Part shown: positions 36,666 through 48,600 of the stretch, in pieces | How the letters are laid out: each line of letters begins with the position of its first letter | Numbering within the stretch: position 1 is the first letter of the stretch | NCBI RefSeq assembly: GCF_004010195.1 | Contig: NC_057719.1 | Coordinates: 30,065,853 to 30,129,852 of the forward strand | Direction of reading: 5' to 3' | DNA: 64,000 nt | Origin: Chiloscyllium plagiosum | Taxonomy: Eukaryota | Position numbers and translations under genes: made by a program | The notes under the pieces: generated by a model | What the model was told of the DNA's origin: nothing | What the model saw: only the letters and a program-made list of their open reading frames with translations | Databases searched by the model: none

Positions 36666-38656
36666 GACAATGCCCAAGGAGCATTTGGTCTATAGGAGCA
36701 AAAAATGAATGAATTCGGATTGGGTGTAATGTGAAAATGTTTAAATCTCAAAATACCACCTCTGGTTTTAATGGAGTCATGATGGATGAGGATTTGGCTG
36801 GAAACAAACCCAAACTCTGCAGACTAGTAGACAGTATACACAGTTTAATGAGGCTCAGATGCCTCACATTTAATCTCTTCTAAATCTGTCATGGTTCCAG
36901 CCATGTATCCAGACCTCAGGAAGTCCTGCACTTCACGGGAGGTGAGGACTGATGCCTGGAAATGATGATGCCAAGGGAGCTGGCATTCTTGCCCCACGTC
37001 CTCCAAACAAACCCATTTCTCACTTTGTACTTTTGAACCCCGCCTCGATGATCAGAACCTCTCAGCAATTGCAAACACCAATCTCTGTTCCCATTTTGAA
37101 ACCCTGCAATCATCACCACCTCACTGGGCTGTGAATCTGGTAGTACCACGAATGGGCTTTCTATCTGCTATAGGCAGAAGTCTGTGGATGCAGAAGATGT
37201 TGCCCTCTCCATTTTTAGGTGTTAACAGATCCAAATCAGCACTAAATAATTGTAGAATTTGCGTTGGGAAGTTCTTCTTCTGAGAATGCTTAATATTTGG
37301 AATTGGCTGCCAGAAATGTTTGGAATTGGTTAAAGGCCAATTATGCAATGAGGTGGAGTGATGTCAAGAATAGGTGAACGAAAATAAACTGAATGGCTTC
37401 CTTGTCTTTGTCTTGTGATCTTGTAATAATTTCAATTGATTGTTTGGAGGAAGATTTTTTGTGATATCAATATTTCACTGCAAATAAATGGAAGGTGTGT
37501 CACACTTTAGAAAAGAATACATTAAATTGAGCACTGAACTTGTTTACTTTGAACAAGGAGTTGAAAATCTACCTTTGAAGGAACATGTATAAAGAATATC
37601 AGAAAGTCTGTAATTAATTTATGAGCAACTTTCAAGCTTACAGGATTTCAATTTCACCTTGATATTTTAATTTTGCAACCATTACCAATATGGTGTATGT
37701 GCACATATATATTCCATAGTCCTTTTAGAGGGCTATTGTAAAGGTTGTTGGTCATTTGATACATTCTTGCATATTTTACTTCATTGTTTGTGCTTTCTAA
37801 ATTATTTCCATTTTTACTCAGGAATCCACTTATAGTCAACACAGTCAGACCATTAGCAGGCTGGCCAGTGATCCCTGAAGATCTCACCCTCACACAGTGC
37901 TCTCCAACCAGCTGCAGCAGCTACCAATCTGTTGTCATTCTAGTATTCAATTCTTCCCTTGCACAATCCAATTACAACAGTCTGGATAAATAAAATGAAG
38001 TCAAGCATAGACAGAACACCAGCTGGCGATGATTAAATATACAAAACAGACTTGCAAATTTATTGTGAAAGGGCATATTGCAGTTATAAGTAAAAATAAG
38101 TTTGAGACTTTGCATAGTGGTAATTTTTTAAGATGAATGCGCTAGTGACTGCTACTTAAGTTAGAAATATCTTAATGTTAGCATTTACCAAAGTTTTAGG
38201 AAATAAGTCAGATTCATTTTTATAGCATACATTTTCCACATATAATAATTATTAATTTGACCAAAAATTTGCACAATTTCAGTTGAAAGGTCAATGAAAT
38301 TGTAACATTTTTATATCCACATTTTTACCTAATTGTCTTCAGTGAAATGAGATATTGGACTTAATTTCTCCTGAACAAGTGGTAGTTGGGAAAAGGGGAG
38401 GCAAAGTAGTGATAATGTCACAGGACCTATAATCCAAAACCCTAAGCTAGTGCTCAGGGCACATGACTCAAATCTTACCATGGAAGATGATGTTTAAAAC
38501 AATTTTTTTTTAAATGGGATTGAAAGCAAGCATGCAACTATGGTAAGCTTTTTCTCCAAGATTCTCAACATCAAGAAAAATCCATCTGGTTCCCTAATGT
38601 CCATTAGGGAAGGAAATCTGCCATTCTCACCAGGTCTGACCTACATGTGACTTCAG

Positions 38657-38780
38657 GCGAAAGTGAGGACTGCAGATGCTGGAGATCAGAGTCAAGATTA
38701 GAGTGGTGCTGGAAAAGCACAGGTCAGGCAGCATCTGAGCAGCAGAAAAATCAATGTTTCAGGCAAAAGCCTGATGAAGG
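38657..38780 (-). mobile_element. Penelope pLTR adjoining a family-B SINE
   Basis: gaaagtgaggactgcagatgctggagatcagag...gtttcaggcaaaagcc followed by inverted CTGATGAAGG. Confidence 0.75.
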
Positions 38781-39307
38781 CTGCCATTTGCCTGCATTAG
38801 TGTCTAGTTAATATCTAATCCCACCTAATTTATCTGTAACTTCCTATTCTCCCACACATGACTGCAACCATTCCAGACATGAAAGCAAGAATAGCTACCT
38901 TGCAACTCTAGCTCATTGCTTGCTCCATCTTGGTCAGCAGTCCCTAGAAGTTTCAGAGTGCATACCACTAGCAGTGAGCAGCTGTAACCCTGTGCATTGG
39001 AAGTGCACAAATGTTACAACTCCCTGGGGTAGCAGGCTAGAAATCAGGCTTAGCTATTCTGAGTCATCACAGAAGTTAACAATTTTATAAAAAGTACTCA
39101 AAATTTTCTAATAAAACTATTTTTAGGCAAAGGTGGACAGAAAGTATGGACCAGGTTTCAGTACATAATAATTACTATTACAAATAAATATTCTACCTAC
39201 AGATAAATAATTATGAACCATTGCTATATAACTAAAAAAAAAGCAACTCCTTTACAAAATTCCACCCATGCATACATACTGATAAACTCACAAACAAGAA
39301 GTGTCCT

Positions 39308-39729
39308 TGTGAAAGAGAAAGGCTGCAAAGGCAGTTCAATGGTGCCTATTCAGAGTCCACTGAGGTGGTCCTTTAGGGCATGTCACGTCCTACTGTTCCT
39401 TGATCTTCCTTTGCCATGTACTTTCACTTGCTTTCAAGAGGCACAGCATGGCTGGTTCACACTTACAATGTCTCTAACTTATTGGTTATAACCCACAACT
39501 GATGAGGGGGATATAAACTGTGAAAGAGAAAGGCTGCAAAGGCAGTTCAATGGTGCCTATTCAGAGTCCACTGAGGTGGTCCTTTAGGGCATGTCACGTC
39601 CTACTGTTCCTTGATCTTCCTTTGCCATGTACCTTCACTTGCTTTCAAGAGGCACAGCATAGCTGGTTCACACTTACAATGTCTCTAACTTATTGGTTAT
39701 AACCCACAACTAATGAGGGGGATATAAAC
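39308..39729 (+). repeat. Tandem duplication, 2 x 211 bp
   Basis: 39308-39518 and 39519-39729 differ at three positions by my reading. Confidence 0.95.
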
Positions 39730-41288
39730 TAGCTTTCTTCTGGCTTGGAGGATATTTTTACTACAGTGAAAGGACAGCTCCTTCCCTTCTGGAAATCCAA
39801 TAGCTTATGAGTGTGAACTATTGAACAGAAACAATCTACAAAGGCAGGTAGCAGGCCTTAGGCATCAACAACTAGACAATTTCACAGACTGATTATGTAC
39901 TTGCTGCTAGCTGAATCTTCATTTGTACACACACTTTAACTCTAGCGCACCAACAGAGTTTCCTCACTACTTGAACAAACAGCATTTACAATTAATTTCA
40001 AGTAACTTGTTTCTCAAAAAGTCCAGTAATCCTTTCCACAAACCTTGGTTTTTATAATGGCATATTTCTCATATCACTCCACATTAAAAAACACAAAAAT
40101 AAAAAGCTATGTCTTTTATGATTTTGTCGAATGTTATTACTGGATGAGTCAGCTCATCAAAATCAATTCCTGATGCTTCAAACTTCTCAATGCAAAGTGA
40201 TGGCTGAGCGGTATTATGGCTAGACCATTAACCCTATGGCCAGACCCAAGTTCTGGCAACTCAGGTTTAACTCTCTGCCATGGGAGAGGTAGAATTTGAA
40301 TTTAATGAAAACCTCGAATTAGGCATCTAATGATGACTATGAAAACGTTGTTGATTGTCAGAAAACATCCATCTGGTCTTCTAATGTGCTTTAGGGAAAG
40401 AAACTGCTGCCCTTACCTGGTCTGGCCTGCATGTGACTCCAAACCCACAGGAATGTGAGTGACTCTGAACTGCCCTCTTGGTGATTGGGAATGGGCAATA
40501 AATGCCTGGCCAGCAAAACTCACATGCCATGAATTAATAAAACAGGAAACAAATTCACATTACTACTCAGTTTTAAAATGGCATAAAAAGCTCCAGAAAT
40601 ATTGACAATTTAATCAACAAAATACCTACATACATGTAGCACTAGTTAAAAACCTAAACTCTAGATTAAACTATATTTTATTGTTACATCACATACCAGC
40701 CTCACCACATTCTTATGGTACAGCTACAACCCATTTAGAATACAGTTCTCCACTTTCATCTAGCAGTTCGGAAAAGACATTCATTGTAATTCTGCCCCCA
40801 AGGCCACTTTGTTAGCAGGGACAGTCACCGAACTCATGCTGGAACAAGTTGTAACTCAGGGCTCTTACTCTCCATCTTAGAAGTCACTCACTATACCTAC
40901 ATGGGTGCTCACAGCATCACTACCTTGACCTGCCTCGCCTTTGTGTTCTGTTACCTCATTCAGAACCCACAAGTTCATAAAATATCTGTCTTGCCTCATC
41001 TATCAGCACAACAATGTATTAAAAATAATACAATTTGAATAATAACACTACACTCCTGCCAAAATTTATCCCTCAGAAAATACTATATAGCTGAAATGGT
41101 CATTTAATAACAACACTTCAAATGTAATTCACTGCCAGTGAATATGTTGCATTGTTTTAGGGGACATGAAAGAAGCTGTATAAATGCAAATTATCTTCAA
41201 GTAAAAGAAAACACTGCAGCAACAGCCATCTGTAGGAAACACATTTTTAATATTGCCTGTGATAACAACAGTTGATACAAGCCAAATC

Positions 41289-41307
41289 TTTATTTAGCGT
41301 TTTTATT
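41289..41307 (-). terminator. Candidate TTC8 polyadenylation signals (two AATAAA)
   Basis: tttatt at 41289-41294 and 41302-41307 read AATAAA on the minus strand, ~1.2 kb after the stop. Another candidate lies at 40677-40682. Usage is unverified. Confidence 0.45.
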
Positions 41308-41900
41308 TTGATGGTTACTGTACAACTTCCTTTACAAAACAGGTTGAAATACCATCACAAACACATTTTCACTTGTTGGACTATAACTGGCTCTTTATGA
41401 GAAATAGAATTTGAATATACAAAAATTAACAAAATGGTGCCTCCTTTAAAAGGAATGATATGAAATTGTATCTTAACTATGAATATTATGTTGTGATCTT
41501 TGTGAGGGTTCTTGGATTTTCAAAATACTAATATAAAATCTTCTTTGAATGTTTTAATCTACTTTCAGATTACCCTCAATCAGATGGCCTGCCTACCATG
41601 CTATCAGCAGGTAAGTCAACATGACAGCTGTATTAAGACATTTACTATATGTCAAATATTTTGTACAATACAACCAAAACTACTGTTGCTATATCAGTTA
41701 TTGGCTTTACTCTGGCACTGACTGACATGCACACAGTGAGCACAAAAATAGTTTCAATAGCTCCATTAATCTAAATCCATAATTCTCATATTCATTGCAC
41801 ATTTGATGAACTGGAGATTGAATTTTTAAACTCCACCAAGGCCAGAAGCAGAGGTTCCTGCCTTGATTCCTCAGTGTTTGTGTTTAGGAGTGACATGCTC

Positions 41901-42373
41901 AGGGGCCTGGGATTTTCCTGTTAGCTACCAGCTTCCTGATGCAATTGTGGCAGGAGAGGTAATACCAGCAAGGGCCAGTTTAACTGTATGGAGGTGGCTC
42001 TCCAGCATACAGCCAGTTTTTCACTGCTCCAGGTATGCCTTCCTTGCCTGCTTGGATATGGGTACAGCCAAAGGTCACTATGTTACGATTCAGCTACATC
42101 CTCCCAATCACAGTGGTACCTCAGCTGCTTTTATGATTAAAAAAAAAGTGTGATGAGTGCTTCCATGCTGAAGTGCTCTCCTGGTTACTTTTTACGACTT
42201 TCAAGCCGGTTAGCCTGCCCACATACCTTAACTGGAATAGAAATGTGACAAAAACAACTTTAATGGAGTGCCCCTGTCAAAATCCCAAAGGTAGACTGTA
42301 TCTCCCACCAGGTGGGTGAGTTTGAGACAGTTCTGACTCCCAATTCCCTGCATCCAAAGTGAAAATGCATCCC
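41901..42373. mobile_element. Old DNA-transposon-like repeat in the putative TTC8 3' UTR
   Basis: Ends GGCCTGGGATTTTC / GAAAATGCATCCC resemble termini seen elsewhere in the window. Confidence 0.35.
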
Positions 42374-42508
42374 TGAGCCTCAGTATGAGGTAGAAAGCTA
42401 AGATTATGAAACTAACAATTGTACTGCCACATCATGCAGTATCTGAATTATGTAACATATCTCACATAACAACAAAAAAATCCCAAGATCATTGCATCAC
42501 GGTTACAG

Positions 42509-42625
42509 TTAAAGCATGGCAAAGTGTTGTTGCAGTTGCTTGATTAATTGCTGAGTGTCAACATGTTCTGGAAACGCAGCTGCTGATTTCTGCGCAGCTA
42601 TATAACTGCTCTGAAGGTCTCCAAC
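42509..42625 (-). CDS. TTC8: TTC8 terminal coding exon (117 nt including TAA)
   Basis: ttccag|GTT ... CTT TAA; VGDLQSSYIAAQKSAAAFPEHVDTQQLIKQLQQHFAML*. Confidence 0.97.
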   Translation of the reverse strand, partial: VGDLQSSYIAAQKSAAAFPEHVDTQQLIKQLQQHFAML

Positions 42626-45600
42626 CTGGAAGAGACAAACAGATGTCAGTGTAATGTAGAATCATCCATCAAGATACTACACCATGCAAGTGTTCAAAGC
42701 AAGTATTGGCAAATATTCTAGTTTTATTTAGTTCCTAAGGCAAACATCAAGGTTTAACTCTGTATTTTTAGCTTATCAGCAAGTGAACAGTCTTTATTGG
42801 TTGTCATGCAGTTTCCTCTGTTGGAGCAATTGCAGACCAGGTAACTGCTTTGCAGAACATCTCAGGTCTGTTTATAAAAGTGACTTAGTCCTAGGAGTAT
42901 TGGACTGGACACTTGTACCATGCCGTCTATTTCCCATGGCTTGACAACATGCTCAAAAGCTTTGATTTTAACTCTTTTCCCCATCTGGCATAGCCGAACT
43001 GAAGTAAAACTTAGGGGACATACCGTAATTGAGCAGGCTGCCTTCCTCACATATCCAAATACTAACTGACTCTTTTGAGCAGGTCACTAACAGGGAGGGA
43101 GAGGGATCTTTAAAAATGCAGATCAGATTTTGTATGATTATTTCTAAAGATTAATCATTGGTAAACATCTTAAAGTAGAACTGCTCAGATTTTTGAAAGT
43201 TACAATTAAACGTGATGAAACTAGGAATATAACAGCTATGAAGGGCTCTCGGATGCATGGTAACGTTCCAACTGCTAGGTTAGAAAGCCTGGATTCAAGT
43301 CCTGCCTGTTCCAGAGATGTGTCACAACATATTTGAACAGGTGGATTAAAAATATCTACAAAAGCTATAACAGAGAAATGATTCACGAAAGGACAGGACT
43401 CGATGATAAATATTCCTGGATAAAGACGGTCATGTAGGATTATACCCTCTGGTTCTAGACTCTTACAAAAGGAGAAGCAACTACCCCATGTCTATCTTGT
43501 CAAGACCGCCCAAGAATCTTATAATATTTCAAGAATTCGTCTGTCATTTGCCTAAACTCCAGTGGGTACATGCCCAAACTACTCAACTTCTCCTTTTATA
43601 TATATATAAAAAAGGAGAAGTTTTTCCTTTTTTTTATATATATATAATAAATATATATATATAAAAAAAAGGAAAAATCCTTCTATTCCCAGAATCAACC
43701 TAACAAACTTTCTCTGGACAGCCTTCAATACCAGTATATCTTTGCTTAGATCCAAGTGGTGTGCAGGAGCACAGAGATCTGAGTATGGGTACATAAGATG
43801 GTAGGGCGAGTTGAGAGAGATCGTGGCACAGGGATAATAGGGACATAGCATACAGCAATATTGAGGTTATGTTGAACTCAAAGACACTAGTGCAGCTTCA
43901 GCTAAAGTAATGCATCCAGCTTTGATGCACTTTAGGAAGAATGTGAAGATATTGGACAGAGCGTGTGGATTGGGGTTTACAAGAATGGTTCCCAGGATGA
44001 GAAATTTCAGTCATGAAGATCTATTGGGGAAACTGGGACTGTTTCCATTGGAGAAAAGAACATTAAGAGGAGATTGGATTGAAGCATTTAGAATCATAAG
44101 AGGTCTGAACAAATTGGGAGAAAATGTTCCCAATTGTGAAAATTCAAGAATGAGAGCACAAGGCTATAAAGTAATTTGTGAAAAAAAAAACAAGTTATAT
44201 GATGAAATCGGTTTCTCTTGAAATGAGCAGTTCGAGTCTGGAATGCGCTGCTTGAGATTGTGGTGAAGGTAATTTCAATTGAGATATTAAACAGAGGATG
44301 GGATGTCTATTTATAAAGGGAACCCTGTGCAGGATTACAGGGAGAAGGCAGGAAAATGACACTGAGTGAGTTACTCATTGGAGAGTTGCTGCAGACAATG
44401 AGCCAACTGGCATCCCTCTTCGGTGCAATAATTCTGTGCTTGTATTGGTTACCTTATCTGAAAGTGCAGCAAAGTTATAATGCGGTTCATACATATGAGG
44501 AGCCAGTGCTGCAGCTGTTTGTAGAAACCCCCGAGCCTAAAAATAAAAATGAAGAATAGAATCATGGAATAAGTGAATGGTTTACTTCTAAAGTATCTTT
44601 TTCCCACATACATGACAACTTTGGCTACTCACCTGTTCATAGTGACCTTTGTGCACCTCCAGGACAGCTAAATTGTTATAAGCTTCTGCATGATCATTGT
44701 TGTTGGCTAGTGCCAGTTTAAAACATTGGTAGGCCAAATTCATATCTCCTATTCCCTAAAAAGAAAGGCAACATGATATCCAGTTACAAATGAAGGCTTG
44801 CTGTATGTTTTACCACACATAACCATCAAAAACACAAGCACCTGGTCACACCAAGAAAACAGGAAAAAGAAGTCTGGCCCGGGGACTTATTTATCCACAT
44901 GTTTTACAAACTTTCCAGCCCGTCCTCCTTTTTAACATCAACCTGTTCGAGCGTATCGGCCTGTTTCACGCTGTCCTCACAAATGACAAGGGCCCCTCTC
45001 ACTAGTGAATACTGAAGCGAAGTATTCATTAAGGACCTCCCCTACCTCCTCCGACTTCAGGCACAAGTTCCCTTCACTATCCCCAATCAGCCCTACCCTC
45101 ACTCTGGCCATCCTCTTGTTCCTCGCATAAGTGTAGAATGCCTTGGGGTTTTCCTTAATCCTACAGTCCAAGACATTTTCAAGTCCCCTTAGCACTCTCC
45201 TAAATCCATTCTTCAGTTCTTTCTTGGCTACCTTGTAACTCTCCAGAGCCTGTCTGATCCTTGCTTCCTCAACCTTAAATAAGCTTCCTTCTTCTTCATG
45301 ACTAGATGTTCCACATCTCTTATCATCCAAGGTTCTTTTACACTACCGTCCCTTCCTTGCCTCAGTGGGGCAAACCTATCCAGCACTTACAGCAGGTGCT
45401 CGCTAAACAACTTCTATATTTCTATCATGCAGTTCCCTGAGAATATCTGCTTCCAATTTATGCTCCACAGTTCGTGCCTAATAGCACTGTAATTCCCCCT
45501 CCTCCAATTAAATACTTTCTCATACCGTCTGCTCCTATGCCTCTCCATAACTATAGTTAAGGTCAGGGGGCGGTGATCACTATCATCAAAATGCTCTCCC

Positions 45601-48600
45601 ACTAAGAGATCTGACACCTGACCCGGTCCGTTGTCAAGCACCAAATCCAAAATGGCCCCTCCTCTATTCGGCCTATCTACATATTGAGTCAGGAGTCCTT
45701 CCTGGACACCTTATAAAATCTGCTCCATCCAAACTATTTGCACTAAGGAGGTTCCAATCAATTTTAGGGAAGTTGAAGTCACCCATGACAACAACCCTGT
45801 TACTTCTGCACTTTTCCAAAATCTGCTGCCCAATCTGCTCCTCTCTGTTGCTATTGGGAGTCTATAGAAAACTCCCAACAAAGTGACTATTCCTTTCCTG
45901 TTTTTGACTTCCATCCATAATGACTCAGTAGACAAACCCTCCTCGATGGCCTCCCTTTCTGCAACTGTGATACTATCCCTGATTAGCAATGCCACTCCCC
46001 AAACTTTTTTATCTCCCTTCCTCGGGCGGCACGGTGGCACAGTGGTTAGCACTGCTGCCTCACAGCGCCAGAGACCCGGGTTCAATTCCCGCCTCAGGCG
46101 ACTAACTGTGTGGAGTTTGCACGTTCTCCCCGTGTCTGCGTGGGTTTCCTCCGGGTGCTCCGGTTTCCTCCCACAGTCCAAAGATGTGCAGGGTCAGGTG
46201 AATTGGCCATACTAAATTGCCTGTAGTGTTAGGTAAGGGGCAAAATGTAGGGGTAGGGGTGGGTTTCGCTTCGGCGGGTCGGTGTGACTTGTTGGGCCGA
46301 AGGGCCTGTTTCCACACAGTAATCTAATCTAAATCTATTCCTTTTGAAACATCTAAACCCCAGAACATCCAGCAATCATTCCTGCTCCGTGATATCTAAG
46401 TATCTGTAAAGGCGAAAACATTGTAGCTCCAGGTATGGATCCATGCTCAAAGTTCATCACCCTTATTCCTGACACTTCTTGCTTTAAAATCATCACACTT
46501 CAACCCATCACACCGATTGCAACTTTGCCCTATCAACTGTCTATCCTTCCTCACAGACCTCTGCACACTGTATCTGCCTGTTCACCAACTACCCCATCCT
46601 CTGATTGGTAGCTCTGGTTCCCATGCCCCCTGCCAAACTAGTTTAAATCCTCTCTAAGAGCTCAGTAAACCTCCTGCCCAGGATATTGGTGCCCCTCCAG
46701 TTCAGGTGCAACCGGTCCTCCTTGTACAGCTCCCACCTTCCCCAGAAGGTATACCAATGATCCACGTATCTGAAGCCCTCCCTCTTACACCAGTTCTGCA
46801 GTCATGTGTTCAGCTGCATTCGCTCTCTGTTCCTAGCCTCACTAGCATACATCATGACTGATACAGGTTTCGCAGCCCCATTCTCCCACCTTCTCCCCCT
46901 AACCTTTGATTCCCTTAGAAATATATAGGTTCTTGATTAGTATCTTAAATACTCAATGACTTGGGCTCCACAGCCCTCTGTGGCATTGAGTTCATAAGAG
47001 TAGAGATTTTTCTCCTTCTCAGTTCTAAAGGATAATCCTTTTATTCAGAGACGGTGCCTCGGGTGGAAACCAAGTGGAAACTCTTATCACCATCCACTCT
47101 ATCCAGGCCTCTCAGTATTCTGTAAATTTCAATGAGATTCTCTCTCCTCATCCTTCTAAACTCCATCGAATACAGACTCCGAATTCTCACCTGCTCCTCA
47201 TAAGACAAGCCCTTCATCCTTGCGTTCATTCTTGTGAACATCCTCTGGATCCGCAAGGCTAGCAAATCCTTCTTTGGATACAGGATCTAAAACTGATTAC
47301 AATATTTAAAATGCAATTTTAGCAGAGCTTTATATAGCCTCAGCACTACATCCCTGCCACTATATTCTACCACTCGCGAAATGAATGCTGAAATTGCACA
47401 TGCCTTCTGAACTGCCAACTAAACTCACATGTTAAAAGAATCCTGGATTAAAACTTGTATGACCCATTGTGCTTCAGATTTCTGAAGCCTTTCCTGGGTT
47501 AGAAGCTAATCTATGCCCCTTTACTTCCTATCAGAGTGCATAACCTCACACTTTCCCACATTGTATTCCATCTGCCACTTGTTTGCCCTCTCTCCTAGAC
47601 TGTCCAATTCCTTCTGCATCGTCTCCACTTAACAGTACCTGTCCCTCCACGTATCTTTGTGTCATCTGCAAACTTAGCAACAATGCTCTCAGTTCCTTTG
47701 GCCAGATCGCTAATGTATAACAAGAATAGTTGTGGTCCCAAAACTGACAACTACAGAACTCCACCAGTCACTGGTTGCCATCCTGAAAAAGACCCTTTTC
47801 CTCATCCTCTGCCTTCTGCTTGTCCGTCAATCCTCTATCCATGCCAATTCCTTGCCCCTACCTCCATGTGCTCTAATTTTTATTTAGCAGCCTCCTCTGC
47901 AGCATTTTTAAAAGGCCTTCTGGAAATCCTTGCTTGTTACGTCCTCAAAAGAATTCTAACAGATTTGTCAAGCACGATCTCCCCTTGATCAAACTTGCCA
48001 ACTCATCCCTATTTTACCATGCATTTTCAATACTCAGCCATCTCATCCTTATAATGATTCTAAAATCTTAGCAATGTCTGAAGTCAGGCTAACCGTCCTA
48101 TAATTTCCAGTCTTCTACCTTCCTCTCTTCTTAACAGGGTTGTTATGTTCACTATTTTCCAGGTCCCTGGGACCCTCTTGACTCTAATGATATCTGAAAG
48201 ATCACCACCAATGCCTCTACAATCTCCTTAGCTCTCTCCTTCATAACCCTGGGGTGTAGTCTGGTCTGGATGATCTATCCACTTTTACATCTTTCAGCTA
48301 TCCCAGTGAAGGCCGCTACACTCATCTTTGCTCCGTAACTCTTTTGAAGTTCTGCAATGCTATTGGTGTTTTCCACTGTGAAGACTGAAGCAAAATAACT
48401 ATTCAGTTCCTCTGCCATTTTTTTGTTCCCCATTACTACATCTCCAGCCCCCATTTTCCAGTGGTCCAGTGCCCACTCTTGCCTCTTACCTTTTATGTAT
48501 CTTAAAAAAATCCTTTGTAACCTTCTTATATATTACTTGCTAGCTTATGCTTATATTGCATCTTCTCCTCACTTACTGCTGTTTTAGTTGTTCTCTCCCG

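Noticed and set aside
39213..39702. Duplicated ORF (KEKGCKGSSMVPIQSPLRWSF...) as a tandem gene pair
   Set aside because: By-product of the 211-bp duplication; no recognisable domain or splice structure.
1..42000. FOXN3 or another protein-coding gene downstream of TTC8
   Set aside because: No forkhead or other recognisable host-protein exons were found.
46024..46095. tRNA gene-like sequence with A and B boxes
   Set aside because: It is the tRNA-derived head of a SINE, continuing into the V-domain and LINE tail.
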